A DNA stretch of 63,383 nt, the filler included, from Reticulomyxa filosa (lineage: Eukaryota > Protista > Foraminifera): NCBI GenBank assembly GCA_000512085.1. It is 11 parts of 11 records of this genome, joined end to end, with 100 filler letters (N's around TTAATTAATTAA, not from the genome) between each part and the next. Parts side by side here need not be neighbours in the genome. Positions count along the whole stretch, not along the records: positions 22,611 to 40,505 come from ASPP01006803.1; 10 more parts are not named here. The stretch is one strand, 5' to 3'. The translations under genes were made by a program, and so were the position numbers. The first letter of the stretch is position 1. Every line of letters begins with the position of its first letter. The notes under the pieces are model-generated. The model ran no database searches, had not been told where the DNA came from, and saw nothing but the letters and a program-made list of their open reading frames with translations. Below are positions 25,601 to 38,395 of the stretch, piece after piece.

Positions 25601-28600
25601 CTTCTGATTGCGTTTTGCTCTCGTTTTCATTCGTCTTTGATTCTTTTTGAAAATTGTTAATCAAATATTTTGGAATTGATGATACTTTGTCAATATCTTC
25701 CTCAAACTTTTTCTCCAATTGACTGATTACATTGTCTCGGTTGTGTTCATCGTCCACAATTTCATTGAAAGCGTTGCCACTTTTGTTGTTATAACCCTCT
25801 TCCCAGTCAATGTCCCAGTCATCGTCCATTTTATCCTTGTTATTTTTGGGATCGTCATTGTTGTTGTTTTCTTGATGCGTGGTATTGAAAGATATCTCTC
25901 GAATCTGTTCGGCTACCAGTTTCATTTCGGTACTGCAATCTATTGCACTTAAGAAAAATGAAAAGATCATTTTCAACACGGACGCAATCGCCAACTCCTG
26001 GGTATTCCTTGCCACTGCATCTATTTCGTTGTTAGAAGATACTTTCTTGGAATCAATTGGACTTGGAGCTTCGTATTTCACGCTATGCAATATCCTAACC
26101 AAGTGCTGAAATCCTCTTTTTTTCAAAAACTTTGCGCACCACTCCACTCTATTTTGCAAGGAACTATCGTCCTCAGATGGCTCTTCACTCACGGCAAGAG
26201 ATTCGCACACAAGTAATGTGTAGACTAATCGGAACAAATTATCTGTTGGCAACAATTTGGCCCAGTCTTTTTCATTTTCAATTATTTCCAATGTCATTAC
26301 TTGGGTTCGCAATGTGTCGTTTGTTGGTAGTCGCAGCAATAGTTTCCATGATGCCGACAGTATTAATGGTTCTCCTAACGTTAAGCAGTCATCGAATATT
26401 AAACTAAAGTACTGTGTTTATATTTACATATGAAAGCATCCATTTTTGAAAAAATATTTTTCAATGTATTTTGAAGGATCGACAATTAAGTTTTAAAAAA
26501 AATGAAGGAGGAATATTTTTGTGTTTTCTCTAAAGCTGATTTTTGTTTTTCTGCATATTTAATGTGTAACTTTGCTTTCGTGGGCTAAAATATATCGTGG
26601 TAAGGCCTCTTGATCACAATCCAACATTTCTTCTTCTTTTTTCACTTCTTCTGCTGACTTCAAATCATATCGAAATTTAAACACAACCAAATCATTCCAT
26701 ACATGTTCCGGACGTTCAACTGCGGCCAATCGATAGAAGTCAAAAAAACCGTTCACATCCAACTTATCTTCCATACTTCCGTGTGTTGAAAAAATCGTTT
26801 GAATTCTTGTTTTGCTTGCAGAGGATTCTCCTGCACCGCACGCGATAATATAATCTCGCATATCATTGAGAGACATGGTTCCATCTGGATTTTTGGCATA
26901 TAATTTAAAAATGTATTCCAATGCTGCTTTGGTTCGTTCCACCAACTGTGGGGGGTTGGTGGATGTAACCAGAGGCACTCTTTTTGATTCTTCATCACTC
27001 AAAGAAGCGTGAACATTACTGCGATCTCTTATACCCAACGATGCAATGGTATAGGAATTTTTTGTATCGTCTAATTTTATTCGCGAAAACAATTGGACCA
27101 CTTCTGGTAAACGGTTTAGTTTCGTTGCAATGGCATATCGCAAGTCCCATAAGGTATCGTTTTCATAAATGGTTAATGTAAATTGCGGAGGCTTCGAATA
27201 TCCGCGAAACGTGACACGATCAAATATGGTCAGCTGCAGCTTTTTACCACGGGACAGCGCATTATGAGGACGATACTTTCCCAATCCTCTTGATTCGGTT
27301 ATATTCAAAAATTGATGTATCAAATTTAGTACACGCAGACATCGATCTCTGGTCTCGATTTTCGGATTTGTTTTGTATGAAGCAGTGGCTTGGGCGAGCT
27401 CTTTCATGGATCGGTCTAACGTCGATTTTCGAATAACAGCAATTTGCTGTTTCAAATCGCTATTCAGACGATTACATATCATATTTAAAAATACAATTGC
27501 TTTTTGACAAACACCTTCCTCACGCGCATGCAAAATGATTTGCCATAAATAATCTACTCCAATCAATTCATTATAATTGGCAACAAAAAACGCTTTTCCA
27601 TTTTCAACCATTTGAATATTTCCTTTGCTTTGATTCACAAATAAAAAAAATTTTTCAAAGGACTCATACGCAGGCAAAGATAACCATTCTGGAAGTATAT
27701 CCCTTAAAAACTTGTTCACAAACAAATGCTCAGGGATTCCATCTTCCAAGGATTTATATTCAAAGCCGTCCATCACTTTTTGAAACCATTTAAATACTTC
27801 TTCTCTTTCTTGTGGTGTCAAGCAGTTAACAACCATGATATCCCATATGATATCAATATGATCTTTTTTCAAACGAATATTTGATTTATTCAATAATAAG
27901 TCCAAAAACTCTAATCGTTGTTTTATTTCTTCCAAATATATGCATTTGGAATCTTTCATTTGATTAATAATTGAAAAATATTCTTCGTCCATTTCTTTTT
28001 GTTCACGACTGTCACGTATTGCTTTGGCTTTTGCTGTGGCTTGTTCTTTAAAGTATTTGATATCTTCGAAAAACTTTTTCATCATTGAAAATTCCTTGTC
28101 TAAATATTGCACGACCCCCCAACGGTCTGGTTGTTCTCCTACCTCAGTTGACAGTGGGTATATGTCAATCACTCTTTCCAAAACATGCAATGACGAAACA
28201 ACGGATTTGTGTTCGGACAAATTGTCAACACATTTCACTAAGATCTTCAATCGAAACTCTTTGGAACAATAAGCACTTAACACTTCTTTCAATAAGTTTT
28301 GTGCCTGAGTTTCCAATTTTTCATTGGCACACGTTTCGTCTTGTACCAAATTCCATAGCACATTTGCAATTCTTTCTGCTGATTCATTTGTTATGGTTTT
28401 CATGTACATGTTTCGCATTAAATCTTTCATGAGTTGCAAGTGATGTTCTGTCAACTCTTTTGCCGACAATTTTTCAAATTTGGAAAACAAAAATTCGAAG
28501 TGATCAACATTCAAGTGTGATGCTATATCATCAATGATCTTGCATATTGTTTGAAGTTCATTGTCAACGTCATCCAATTTTTGTGCTGCTCTCTGTTTTG

Positions 28601-31123
28601 TGATTGTTATTTAAGTTAGTCAAAGATCATTAGTTTTGCATATATACACACTTACTCTTTCCCCCTCTCCTTACACTTCAATCTACTACAAACCTCCAAA
28701 GCACTCCATATAACAGACAAGTGATCCATGGTTAAAACGTTCTCTATACACATAAATCTTAAGATGTCGGTTGCTTGTTTCATTAATTGCGGATGAGAAT
28801 TTGGGCCAAACAAGAGTTGTAACAATTTTGTTTCTTCAATCCATTTTGACAAGAATTCAACGGTTGTAAATTTAAACGAATGAGAAATGTACCCTTTACG
28901 AACATTTTGACACACAAATGATATGTACTGCACCCCATTCACACGGCGTTCGATGCTTTGAGATGTAAGTCGTCGCAGTGCTATATTCCAAAGTACATCA
29001 TTTCATATTACCTAAAAATCTTTGTGCCAGTTTTTCCATTAAAACAAACAAAGCCGTGCAAATACATCCCACATATTATATATACCCATAGTCAATTGAA
29101 ACGTTTCTGAAAATTGAGCAATTTCAATTGGGGACTTTCCTCGCCGTAATAAATCTTCCATTGCCTCAACAATCTTTGTCATAAATTCTTTTTTCAACTC
29201 ACGTAATTCAACATCACTCATGGATTCCAATGCGCCACACACATGTTGATGCAACGGTAAAATATACTTTTGATAAGTTTGGCGAGTCAATGCATTGACT
29301 GACTTTGACAGTGTCGACAAAATAAACCGAATATTTTTTACAGGCATACAAGGTTTATGATTGTTTAGGCGTCGAATGAGTAAATCAAATCCTCCAGCCC
29401 GACCAAACTCATTTAATACAGCAATGAGATGGAATGAAGTGTGACCTAGGTCTCCCTATTGTTTCATAAAATATTACATCTTATGATTTGATGAAAGTGG
29501 TAGCAATTAACTACTCCGTACTTTAAAAATAAATAATACAAATATAGCAAAACTCTATAAATAGCAAATGTGTTTTCGTCAACAGGGTCATCTTCGTCAT
29601 CAACAGTCGGATCTAAGTCATCCGTTAAGCCATATACACCACCACTTGTACGTCCACCTTCTGCTTGGGACAAATGTTTTTTGGATTCGCCGGTTATCTC
29701 TGTAAATACAAAAATTCATTAACATATTACACACAAATAATTGTTATTCTTTGGTCGTTCTCCTCTTGTTTGGTCTTGGCTTCTCTTTAAAAATTCCGTT
29801 TTTTGTTATTTTGTATATGTTCATATTGGAGTAAAATTAAAAAAAAACCTAGAAATCCATTCGTCATATTTATCACCCCAATCGTCGTAATTAACTCGAA
29901 CTGCATCACTAATTTCATCCGTGGCAATAACATGACATGTGTACCACTTGTGGACACTATCTAAGCAGTCACATTGAGATCCTTGATTTAATTCTTTTCG
30001 CCATTTTGGTAACTTTGGATGATACTTGGTCACTTGGCTGCCGGGGGGAGCAAAAAGAGGATAATGTGAAGGCGAATAAATGGCCAAATCAAGAGGTAAT
30101 TCACCACCGCGATTACCCCAATATCGTTGTGCACCGACATTACATTGGATTGTCAAAACTGTTATTTCATTACCAGTGTCCATTGATTGTGTTTGGATTT
30201 GTCGAATTGTTCCCATCTTTTTTATATTATATTTTATTTATCACATTTTATTTGTATACGAACTTGGACTTGACAAGTGAAAAAAAAAATGCAAAAGCAA
30301 AACTTTCCACCGATTCCCGTAAAAATAATCAAGTTGGACATTCTCATTGATGCCTTTTCTAAACTCTTCATACTCCGCGACTTTTTCTTCACTCAAAGGG
30401 GTGCCTCTTTGTTGTCTCTGTCACAAATCATATCACCTATCTGACGTCTTGTTAAAAAAACTTATGTTGATTATGCACAACACACCCAGTCATGGCCGTA
30501 GTCTTTGTAATAGGACGTATTTGCATTTAGTAAATGGTGAATCATTTCGATACCCGACTCTGAGTCCTCTTCTAACATTGGAGTAGCAATGCGTATTAAC
30601 AATCGCGCAACGTTTTCAACATCATCTGCCATGTCAAAGTCGTTCGAGAAATACCTAAATTATCCGTAATTCGTCACACATATCACAAGATTTTTTTTGG
30701 GGGGGAGAAAGAAAAAAAAAAGACTAAAAAACATTTAAGCATGCCCCCTTTTTTTTTCCTCGCAATAAATATTTATCCAAATGCTAGCGTCTTAACACAT
30801 ATTCTCGCTTCATTAAAAAAACTGCTGCACTTTGCAACATGTTTTGTTTGATGTATTCATGCTCTTCATTACTGTACTTTTTGTTAATATATTTCTCCAA
30901 AATTGCTCCTAAACTACGTAGTGCTTCTTTTATGTCCTCTCGTTCTAACCCATTTTTTGTTTGTTCACACAAACAAGGTTATAAAGCAAAACATAGCTTT
31001 CTTGTTATAGACAATGTAAAACTTACCGTTCCGCAAACAGTTTATAATGTAATTGCATTGCTTCTGCAACTCTTCCAAAGGACTTTGACTCTTTTCTTCT
31101 TTCTTTTCTCCATTGTTTGACAT
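22611..31123 (-). CDS. Large ubiquitin-specific protease (USP9X/USP24/USP34-like, peptidase C19), multi-exon, 3' truncated by the contig end
   Basis: Cys box GLKNLGSTCYMNSLLQQFY, QQDVQEF, Zn ribbon CQGGC/CDTC, His box VGVTVHTGSADAGHYYSYI and WNEFND are present. Long helical-repeat exons lie upstream. The likely start is MSNNGEKKEE at 31123. Confidence 0.92.
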
Positions 31124-31610
31124 CTCCTAACCAAACAACTCTCTCGAGTTCAACAACCAATTAAGATACTGTTATCAAGTTGGCAAATATCAATTGAAAC
31201 CAAAAATGTTTCGAAATGTTGCGACTCACAGCAAAATATTTGGAACACGACAATAACGATGAGATAACTGAAAAATTTGGACCCTGCTTTGTAAAACTGT
31301 CAAAACTCACAGTAATGCACGATTTTGTGTTATCAGCTTGTTTGCTCTTACAAGAAAAGGATTTGCTGAATGATCTTTTGCAAACTGTGTATTATTTTTC
31401 AATTGAAACTAACGAATAAGCGCTGCACTTTTCGGGCTCTTGATTGAAGCGATACAAAGAACATAACACAAAGATAGTCTTGACATTATTTTAAACTATT
31501 ATTTTTTGGATTAAAAAAATTCACTTTAAAAGAAATCATAGAGATTGTCGTAGTGTTTAAGTAAGTTTTGGTGTAACAACTGCTGGGGGAACGAATGTTA
31601 ATTAAAAAAA

Positions 31611-32845
31611 ATGCAACAACTATGGGAAGTCAGTTTTTGTTTCAAGCGAAATCTGAACCGAAAGAATAAAGACTGGGACTGTGGATTTATTTCAATTCAA
31701 AATGGCAATCAAGTGAAGCTATTCGACAAAAAACGGAACGAAATCCACACAAGCAAAGATGACGGACAAATTACAAGCCGACTTAAAGCAGGCAATAGTT
31801 TTGAGTTGGGAGACTATTTCGTAGAAATTCAAAACATATATACAATGTCAATTGTGCCTGACGAGAATATTTCCAATCAGCAACAAAGAAAAGGATTCAA
31901 ACCCCCCAAACTTGTTCCGGCTGCTCTCAAATCCAATGGTACAATGGGTATTTCAAATGGACTAAACAATAAAGCCTGTGCATTATCAGAACAAAACAAA
32001 AAACAGTTCCGAGAATGTTCCTGTTTCCTATGCTCTTCCCTCTCTTTTCCTTCATTTCAGTGGCACGTTTGTATATTTTGTTTGTAAGGATAGACTACCA
32101 TTTCGGATGGATGTACCAAACTATTTTAATGGTAACACAACTAACGACATTCTCGTTATGAACAATACCAACAACAGAAATAATTGTAAAAATACTTTAC
32201 CAATTGCAAATGGAAACAAAAATGCATCTGATCGGTTCTACAGCCGAAGTGCGTTATTATTGCCTGACAATTTACCAACAGAACAAACAACAACTAAGGT
32301 AATGATACAGACTTAAATATAAGAAATGACATATATTTCACTTATTTCCACCGATAGTTATTGCAAATTTAAAACAAAAAAAGATTTCACAAAAGCTGAC
32401 CGGAACAATACTCGATTATGTCCCTGAACGAATGGAAAGTGAAAATCGGGACGATACAATTCGAAACAAATATGAATTATTAAACGGTTTGAAGAAAATT
32501 GTCGCAGAAAAAAAACAGCAGAAAAATCTTTCGAATGACAAACCATGCATTCCGCCCGTGTTTTTATCTCCTGAAATGCTTTATCTTCCCATTAATCATT
32601 CTCAAGTACAAATAAAAACATGGGTATGTGATTCGAATGTCCTTGAAACAAATAAACCACCTCAAAGATCCCATTTTCCTGACGAAACCAAACAAGAAAC
32701 CCTACCTTCACATAATCGAAATGCTCAAAAAGTTTCTACACTCAAACTTCCGCAAAATAAACCACAACAAGTGACAAGTCCTAATTTTGATAATCCAACA
32801 GAGGAGCATGATAATTGTCAATTTTTGCTAACAACAGACAAATGA
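31611..32845 (+). CDS. Hypothetical protein with an N-terminal DUF2439-like (ZGRF1/Mte1 N-terminal) domain and a low-complexity tail
   Basis: WEVSF..RNLNRKNKDWDCGFI...VKLFDKKRNEI...GNSFELGDYFVEI resembles the KxWxDG...LYD...GxxxE...YxVxI pattern of DUF2439. Probable introns lie near 32013-32088 and 32299-32357. Confidence 0.55.
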
Positions 32846-33317
32846 ATTTCAAAATAACTGAAAGCGCTTTTTTCTCAGCTTTGAGAAGATTTTTATGTCG
32901 TATAATACGTTTATTTCTTATTGTGTCATTGCTTGTGGTATTGCGTACTCAAAAAGTGCTGATAACTCGTAAGATAATGTAATCGGGTTTGCTTTTTCTG
33001 AGTCTCAATAAGAATGAAATAAATTAAATAAAAAACGAAAAACAAATAAGAGAATCGACGAGTCTTAAGACGTTTTGAAGAAAAGATTTTTTGATTGCCT
33101 TGATCTATTCGTGTTACAGCTTTGTTGATGTTGTTTTATCGGTCTTCATAATAAAAAAAAAAGCGTTTTCAAGCCGATCAAAAAAACTCAAAAGATAACA
33201 AAAAAATTGCGACATCCAAAATTCACACCACCTTTGGTGATACACAAGAACATCTTTCAAGTTTTTTTTACAGCGACAACGAAAAAGAATGTTAGATTCA
33301 AGAAGATAATTTACTTA

Positions 33318-36300
33318 TTATTGATGAGTATTAGCATTTACACTTGGATTGTTGTTGTCCCGTTCTTTGTGATTGTGATGACTGACGTCTGTTTCATCAA
33401 TCTGTGTGCCTTCGTCCAATTGCATTTGGCGCTTTCGGAGTTCTTCCATGTCTCTCTGTTGCTTCAAGATTTGTGTTTTAAGTATATCATCAAAAGTTGC
33501 ATTCAAAACAGAGTTTCGAAATTCTCGACCTCTGCTACTCGGAATTGGTTCTATTTCTTTATTCGTGTTACTATGTTCGGAGCGAATCGTAGTATGGTTA
33601 TTTGCATTGTTATCCTCATTCTTTGTAGAAGAAGGTTTTGTTTCGGGAGATTTATTGTCCTCTTTGGACTCAGTAATATTTTGTTGGTTGTGTGTATTGG
33701 AGGTCGAGGAATTTTTTTCCTCTTGTTTGATATCAGCATGGACTGTGAGCATTTTTTCTTTGGCTGCTTTAATCCTTTCTAATTCTTTTTTCATAAATTC
33801 TAAATTTATGTTAACATTTTCCGAAAACAATGGGCCGGCATGCTTTTCTGGAAGTAAACGTGTCCACAAATCAAACCACGGCTTAATCACGTGATTGATG
33901 AATCCAGTCTGGCATGTTGGTAAATCAGTTTTGTCACGATCATACACTTGAGTGACAGGAATGCTTTTTTCTTTTTCTTTGTCGCCCTGCGCCCAAAACT
34001 CTTCCATTACATAACTGGCCCATATTTGATAAATTGGCAATGATTTTGCAGGATTACTCAAATCTGCAGTATGCACTGCTAATGGAAGCAGCACAAGGGC
34101 CAATTCTTGTTTGTTGTCAAACACACTTGGCTGACGAATTTCAGCTTGCTGATCAGCTGTTAATTGATTTTCCATTGCCTTTTGATCCTCCATATTATTT
34201 TCGATCAAATCATTGTCTTTGTGCTCTTCTTCTGCATCCTCGGAATCACTTTGTCCCCACAGCTCTAAATCAATACCAGCAACAGCCAAATCATCGATTA
34301 GTTCTGCCAACATGTCTTGTTGTCGTTTGTGTTTGCTCATATCAGTTGCCAATATGGCTTCAATCAATACCAGTCGAAATCGTCTACGCTCCGCAACAGA
34401 GCGACCTATATCCCCATCCCCCCCCCCAAAAAAATATGTCAACGATACTCGATATGCATAATTGAAATAAATCAACCTTCCAAAAAATCGCATCCTGGCC
34501 TTTTGAGAATTTCCCATGTTTTGGCGGCGTGCATATTTTCCAGCACGCTAATGTCATTGTATCTGACAGCCAACTCACTTTCCAAATTGATTTCGAATGG
34601 GTTGTTATTACCAGGATGTCCAACATCGTGGCATGCCGCGCTCACCAGACAGGCAAATACATCAAGGTCACCCAATCCCTCAAATATTTTCGATTTCAAA
34701 TAGTAATTGGTATTTACCAACACATCTACACCATGCATGTGATTGTGATAAGGATTATTTTTGTACTCTTGCGCGACTTGTACTAGGAAGTTGGCTAGAT
34801 TATCATTGCACAATTGTGTTTGTTTGGATAAGCCCCGTTTTTAAAAATAGCGGAGAATACAACAGCCAAAGTGTAATTTCCACACAATTGTGCCGTGCCA
34901 AAGACGTCAAAGTCCCAGTCTTCGAATTTTTCAAGTTTTGCCAATACGTTGGTATCTTGTTGCCATTTTTGCACTGTTGTTGCTGTTTTTTTGTTTGTTT
35001 TTTTTCCCCATAGTCCTCACAGATATACAAAATAAAAACAAGTATATACGTACTGTATAATTTCTTGATATCATCATGGGTCATCTTTCGCAACCGTTTA
35101 TCGCCTTTTTGTTCTTTGTCAGCAGCGGCAATATCTTTGTCATCCAAATTGGATAGTCCATGTTGTGCCAAATAAGACGCGTTTTCTTCCGGAAGGAAGT
35201 CATGGACAATCCATTTGGCGACGGCCCTTTCTCCTTCATTATTTTGTTCCTCGTCTTTGCTTGCATCGGCTAAATAGGCTCTTCGGACATTGGTGGCAAT
35301 AGTCGTAGTTTGGGAGACCGTGCTTAATTCTCCAACAGTGCCAGCGTCATCAGGAAACGGCAATAGTATTTGATTAATCCCAACGAGGCCAGAGGCCAAA
35401 GGTATCGCCATTGATGAATTGATCTGAGTTTGCGCCTGAGTTAGCATTTTCAGTACACTATCAATCTGTTGAGTGTTTTCCACATTGCCTTCGATATTGC
35501 CGTTGTGCGCCTTTTGCATTTTACTTAATGTCTGACACGCCTGCGTTAGCACTCGTCGTTGTGCTTCCATCGTGTGACGCCACGTTTCGCCACTGTCGTT
35601 ACTTCGTGCACTCGATGCACTGCGTATGCTGTACCGCTTTGCAGTTAGACTGTTCACTCCCGGATTCACAGCGCCGAGCACGCCGACGCCCGCGGGCAAA
35701 GGGCTGCGCAGATGCTTTAAACGACTAGCCGTCAACATGGATGTGGTGTTGATGGTCATTCCGCCACGGACATTGTTACGCAGACTGCTGCTGCTGTTAC
35801 AACGCTCCCAGTCCGGAGCGGTCTCTGGAATGTCTTCGCATTCTCCGACATTTGTTCGAATGTGCTCGACGTGACCGGATATATGCTGTCGAAGTGCTTC
35901 CACGTCATGAACCACTATTCGTTTGGTTTGGACACAAAGACAAGAAAATAAACAGTGCAAAGACAATACAAAAGAGAAAATAGAAAAAAAGACGCAAATA
36001 GACAAACATGAGGACCTTGAGAATAAGCTGTGTGTGCATCACTCGACAAGCGCTGTAGAATTTGTCCAATTTGAAAGTGATAGTTTTCTAAATTTTGCAA
36101 AGTATTGGCTGTTTCCTGTTTTCTGTTTTCGACGTCTTTTTGAAGAAATTCCACTTCGTGCATAAGACTTTGAATGTCAGCATCATGCAAACTTAGGGGC
36201 TCTTTTCTTTAGTTTGTACCCCCCCCCCCGTAAAATGATCCATTTTATTCATACAAACAAACATCATTTCCTTCAACAGTAGACAGACGATAAATTGAAA

Positions 36301-37860
36301 ATATGCAAAGAGAGTAAAACAAAATTAACGAGGGGTCTCTGAGAAAATTGGCAAATCGATTCGTTTCGCTGCATCGTAATGCCATGGTAAGTAAATCCTT
36401 GGCTTCTTTGATTTGTTTGCCCCAAAGCAAACGGACTAAATATCTCATGCATCGAGCGCCGTGAAGCTGTCTTGCTTGGACGTCGTCTCCTCCACTTGTT
36501 TTGCTTCGTTTGGCCGAAAACGGGGATTCGTTTAGCAAAAATTTTTTAAATTCCGCGTGTGCTTGTTGATAGAGTGGGTCCAATTGAATGGCAATCTCGT
36601 AATGTTCGCCTGCCTCGTCGTAGTTGCCTAAATTGTGCTTGAGAAACAGCGCTATTTACAAACAGACATTTGTCTTGCAACAAAGAGAATTGACAAACAT
36701 ATACAAGTATATACATGTGCATATATACATATATATAAATATGTATATATATTTATATATACATTTATACACATATGTATATATGTGTGTGTGTGTGTAC
36801 ACCGAGAAACGGCGCAATTAACCATAATTAAAGTGTCTTGTGGGATTTTGTGGGTCCAATTTAATAGCCTCCTTATAATGATAATTGGCGTTTTCATATT
36901 CTTTGAAATATTTTTTCAGTAAATTGGCCATATTCGTATGTGCTCGTCCATTGTTAGCATCCAATTCCAATGCCGCTGCAAATTTTTTGCGCGCTTCGCC
37001 ATAATTATGCAGTTGCTGCTCCAAAAGTAAACCATAATTGTTGTAATACGCGGCGTGCTTTGGCTTTAATTCGATCGCTTTACGGTAGTGCACTTCCGCT
37101 TGCTTGTAATCTCATTTTTTTTTTTTTTTGGAAAGGACAAATTGAAAAGATTAATACAAACAACAAAGACAGTCAATTCAATGTCACGTATACAAACGTC
37201 AAATACACAAACAGACGTAAACACAACTTAAAATAGTTTTTATATAAAATAGCCCAATTGTAATGTGCGCTTGCGTTGTGAGGGTCGTCTAGAACGCATA
37301 GTTGATATTGTTGCAATGCATCGGAGTGCCTTTGCAAATGGTCATGCAATAGCACTGCATACAAATTGCGTACACGCGATCGAAATGATCTCAATTCACG
37401 AAGTAAGTCCCCTCTGGGTGTTTGGTTGTTAGACAGACTATAATTATTCATATTTGGATTTACAATGTTGTCATTTGGATTGATGTTTGAAGTTTCATCT
37501 GAACACACCAATGTCCCTGTTGCGTCCGGACCACTTGTTGCCGGGAATCGAAGCCGTTCAAATTGGGTGTTCACGTGTTGTATATTTTCTTGACATAAAA
37601 CCTCACATTGCTTATACTCTTTACGGCGGACATAGTTCTTCCATTGCTTTAAAAATTGAAAGTACAGGTCCTGGTACTGTTCCGTGTTGTGTGGTTAGGG
37701 AGTTTCTTTGTTTGTTTTAAGAAAACAATGAAAGCAGCATAAACATGTTCACCTCTTGAGCATGCCTTGATGTTTTCTTTGAATGGTGCATCATTTTCAG
37801 GATTAAATGTGGCAAGTTGAAGTTCTCCTTTCTCTTGCCTTAGCCGTTTCAGGCTTTTTT
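33318..37860 (-). CDS. Class I 3',5'-cyclic nucleotide phosphodiesterase with N-terminal TPR repeats and a coiled coil; 5' end uncertain (may extend to ~38290); 1-nt frameshift near 34840
   Basis: PDEase_I motifs DWDFDVF, YHNHMHGVDV, HDVGHPGNNN, YNDISVLENMH, LATDMSKH, ADLSNPAK, EEFWAQGDKE and QTGFI are present. TPR exons (36560-37370) join the downstream exons in frame through GT-AG introns. Confidence 0.85.
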
Positions 37861-38395
37861 TTTGGTGGTCTATTTCTCACTCGCACAAACTACAAAGTGT
37901 TAAATGGTATTGCAAACCTGTATCATTCTTGTCCAAAATTTTCTATTTATTTGTATTTTTTATTTGAAGCTCTTTGCCCTTGCATTGATATTCGATGCAC
38001 AATCACTTAGTTATGTTTTCAAGCTTGTAGTTCCAACTGATCGAAAATTTACATTGAATAATGATTTGAAAACTTTTGCATATAGGAGCTTTTTGACTCT
38101 TTCAACAACACTAGCCTCTTTAAAAATACAAACTTTTCATAAATGTAGAGAAAAGCACAATATCGATCAAGCATGACACACCTTTTAACAAAAAAGGCTT
38201 CCTTGAATTCTGAACAATCTACTAAAGATGGAAATAAAAATAGAAAAGAATTAAAAAAAAAATTTTAAAAAATGCAACATTCATTCCAAATTTACTATCA
38301 AAAAATCACCACAATGAAAGAAAACAATCCTTTGACAAGAAAAAAACTACCGCTTCGTCAAGTTAACCTTTAATTCAGCAGCAAGAATGTGTTCG

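Noticed and set aside
33207-34703. Long + strand ORFs overlapping the PDE, and similar antisense ORFs over ADH, actin, USP, HECT and Rab
   Set aside because: They are shadow ORFs of real genes on the opposite strand and show no motifs.
36700-36800. (TA)n/(TG)n tracts giving Tyr/Ile-rich ORFs (also ~47000, ~48000, ~54400, ~54900, ~57840)
   Set aside because: These are intronic microsatellites.
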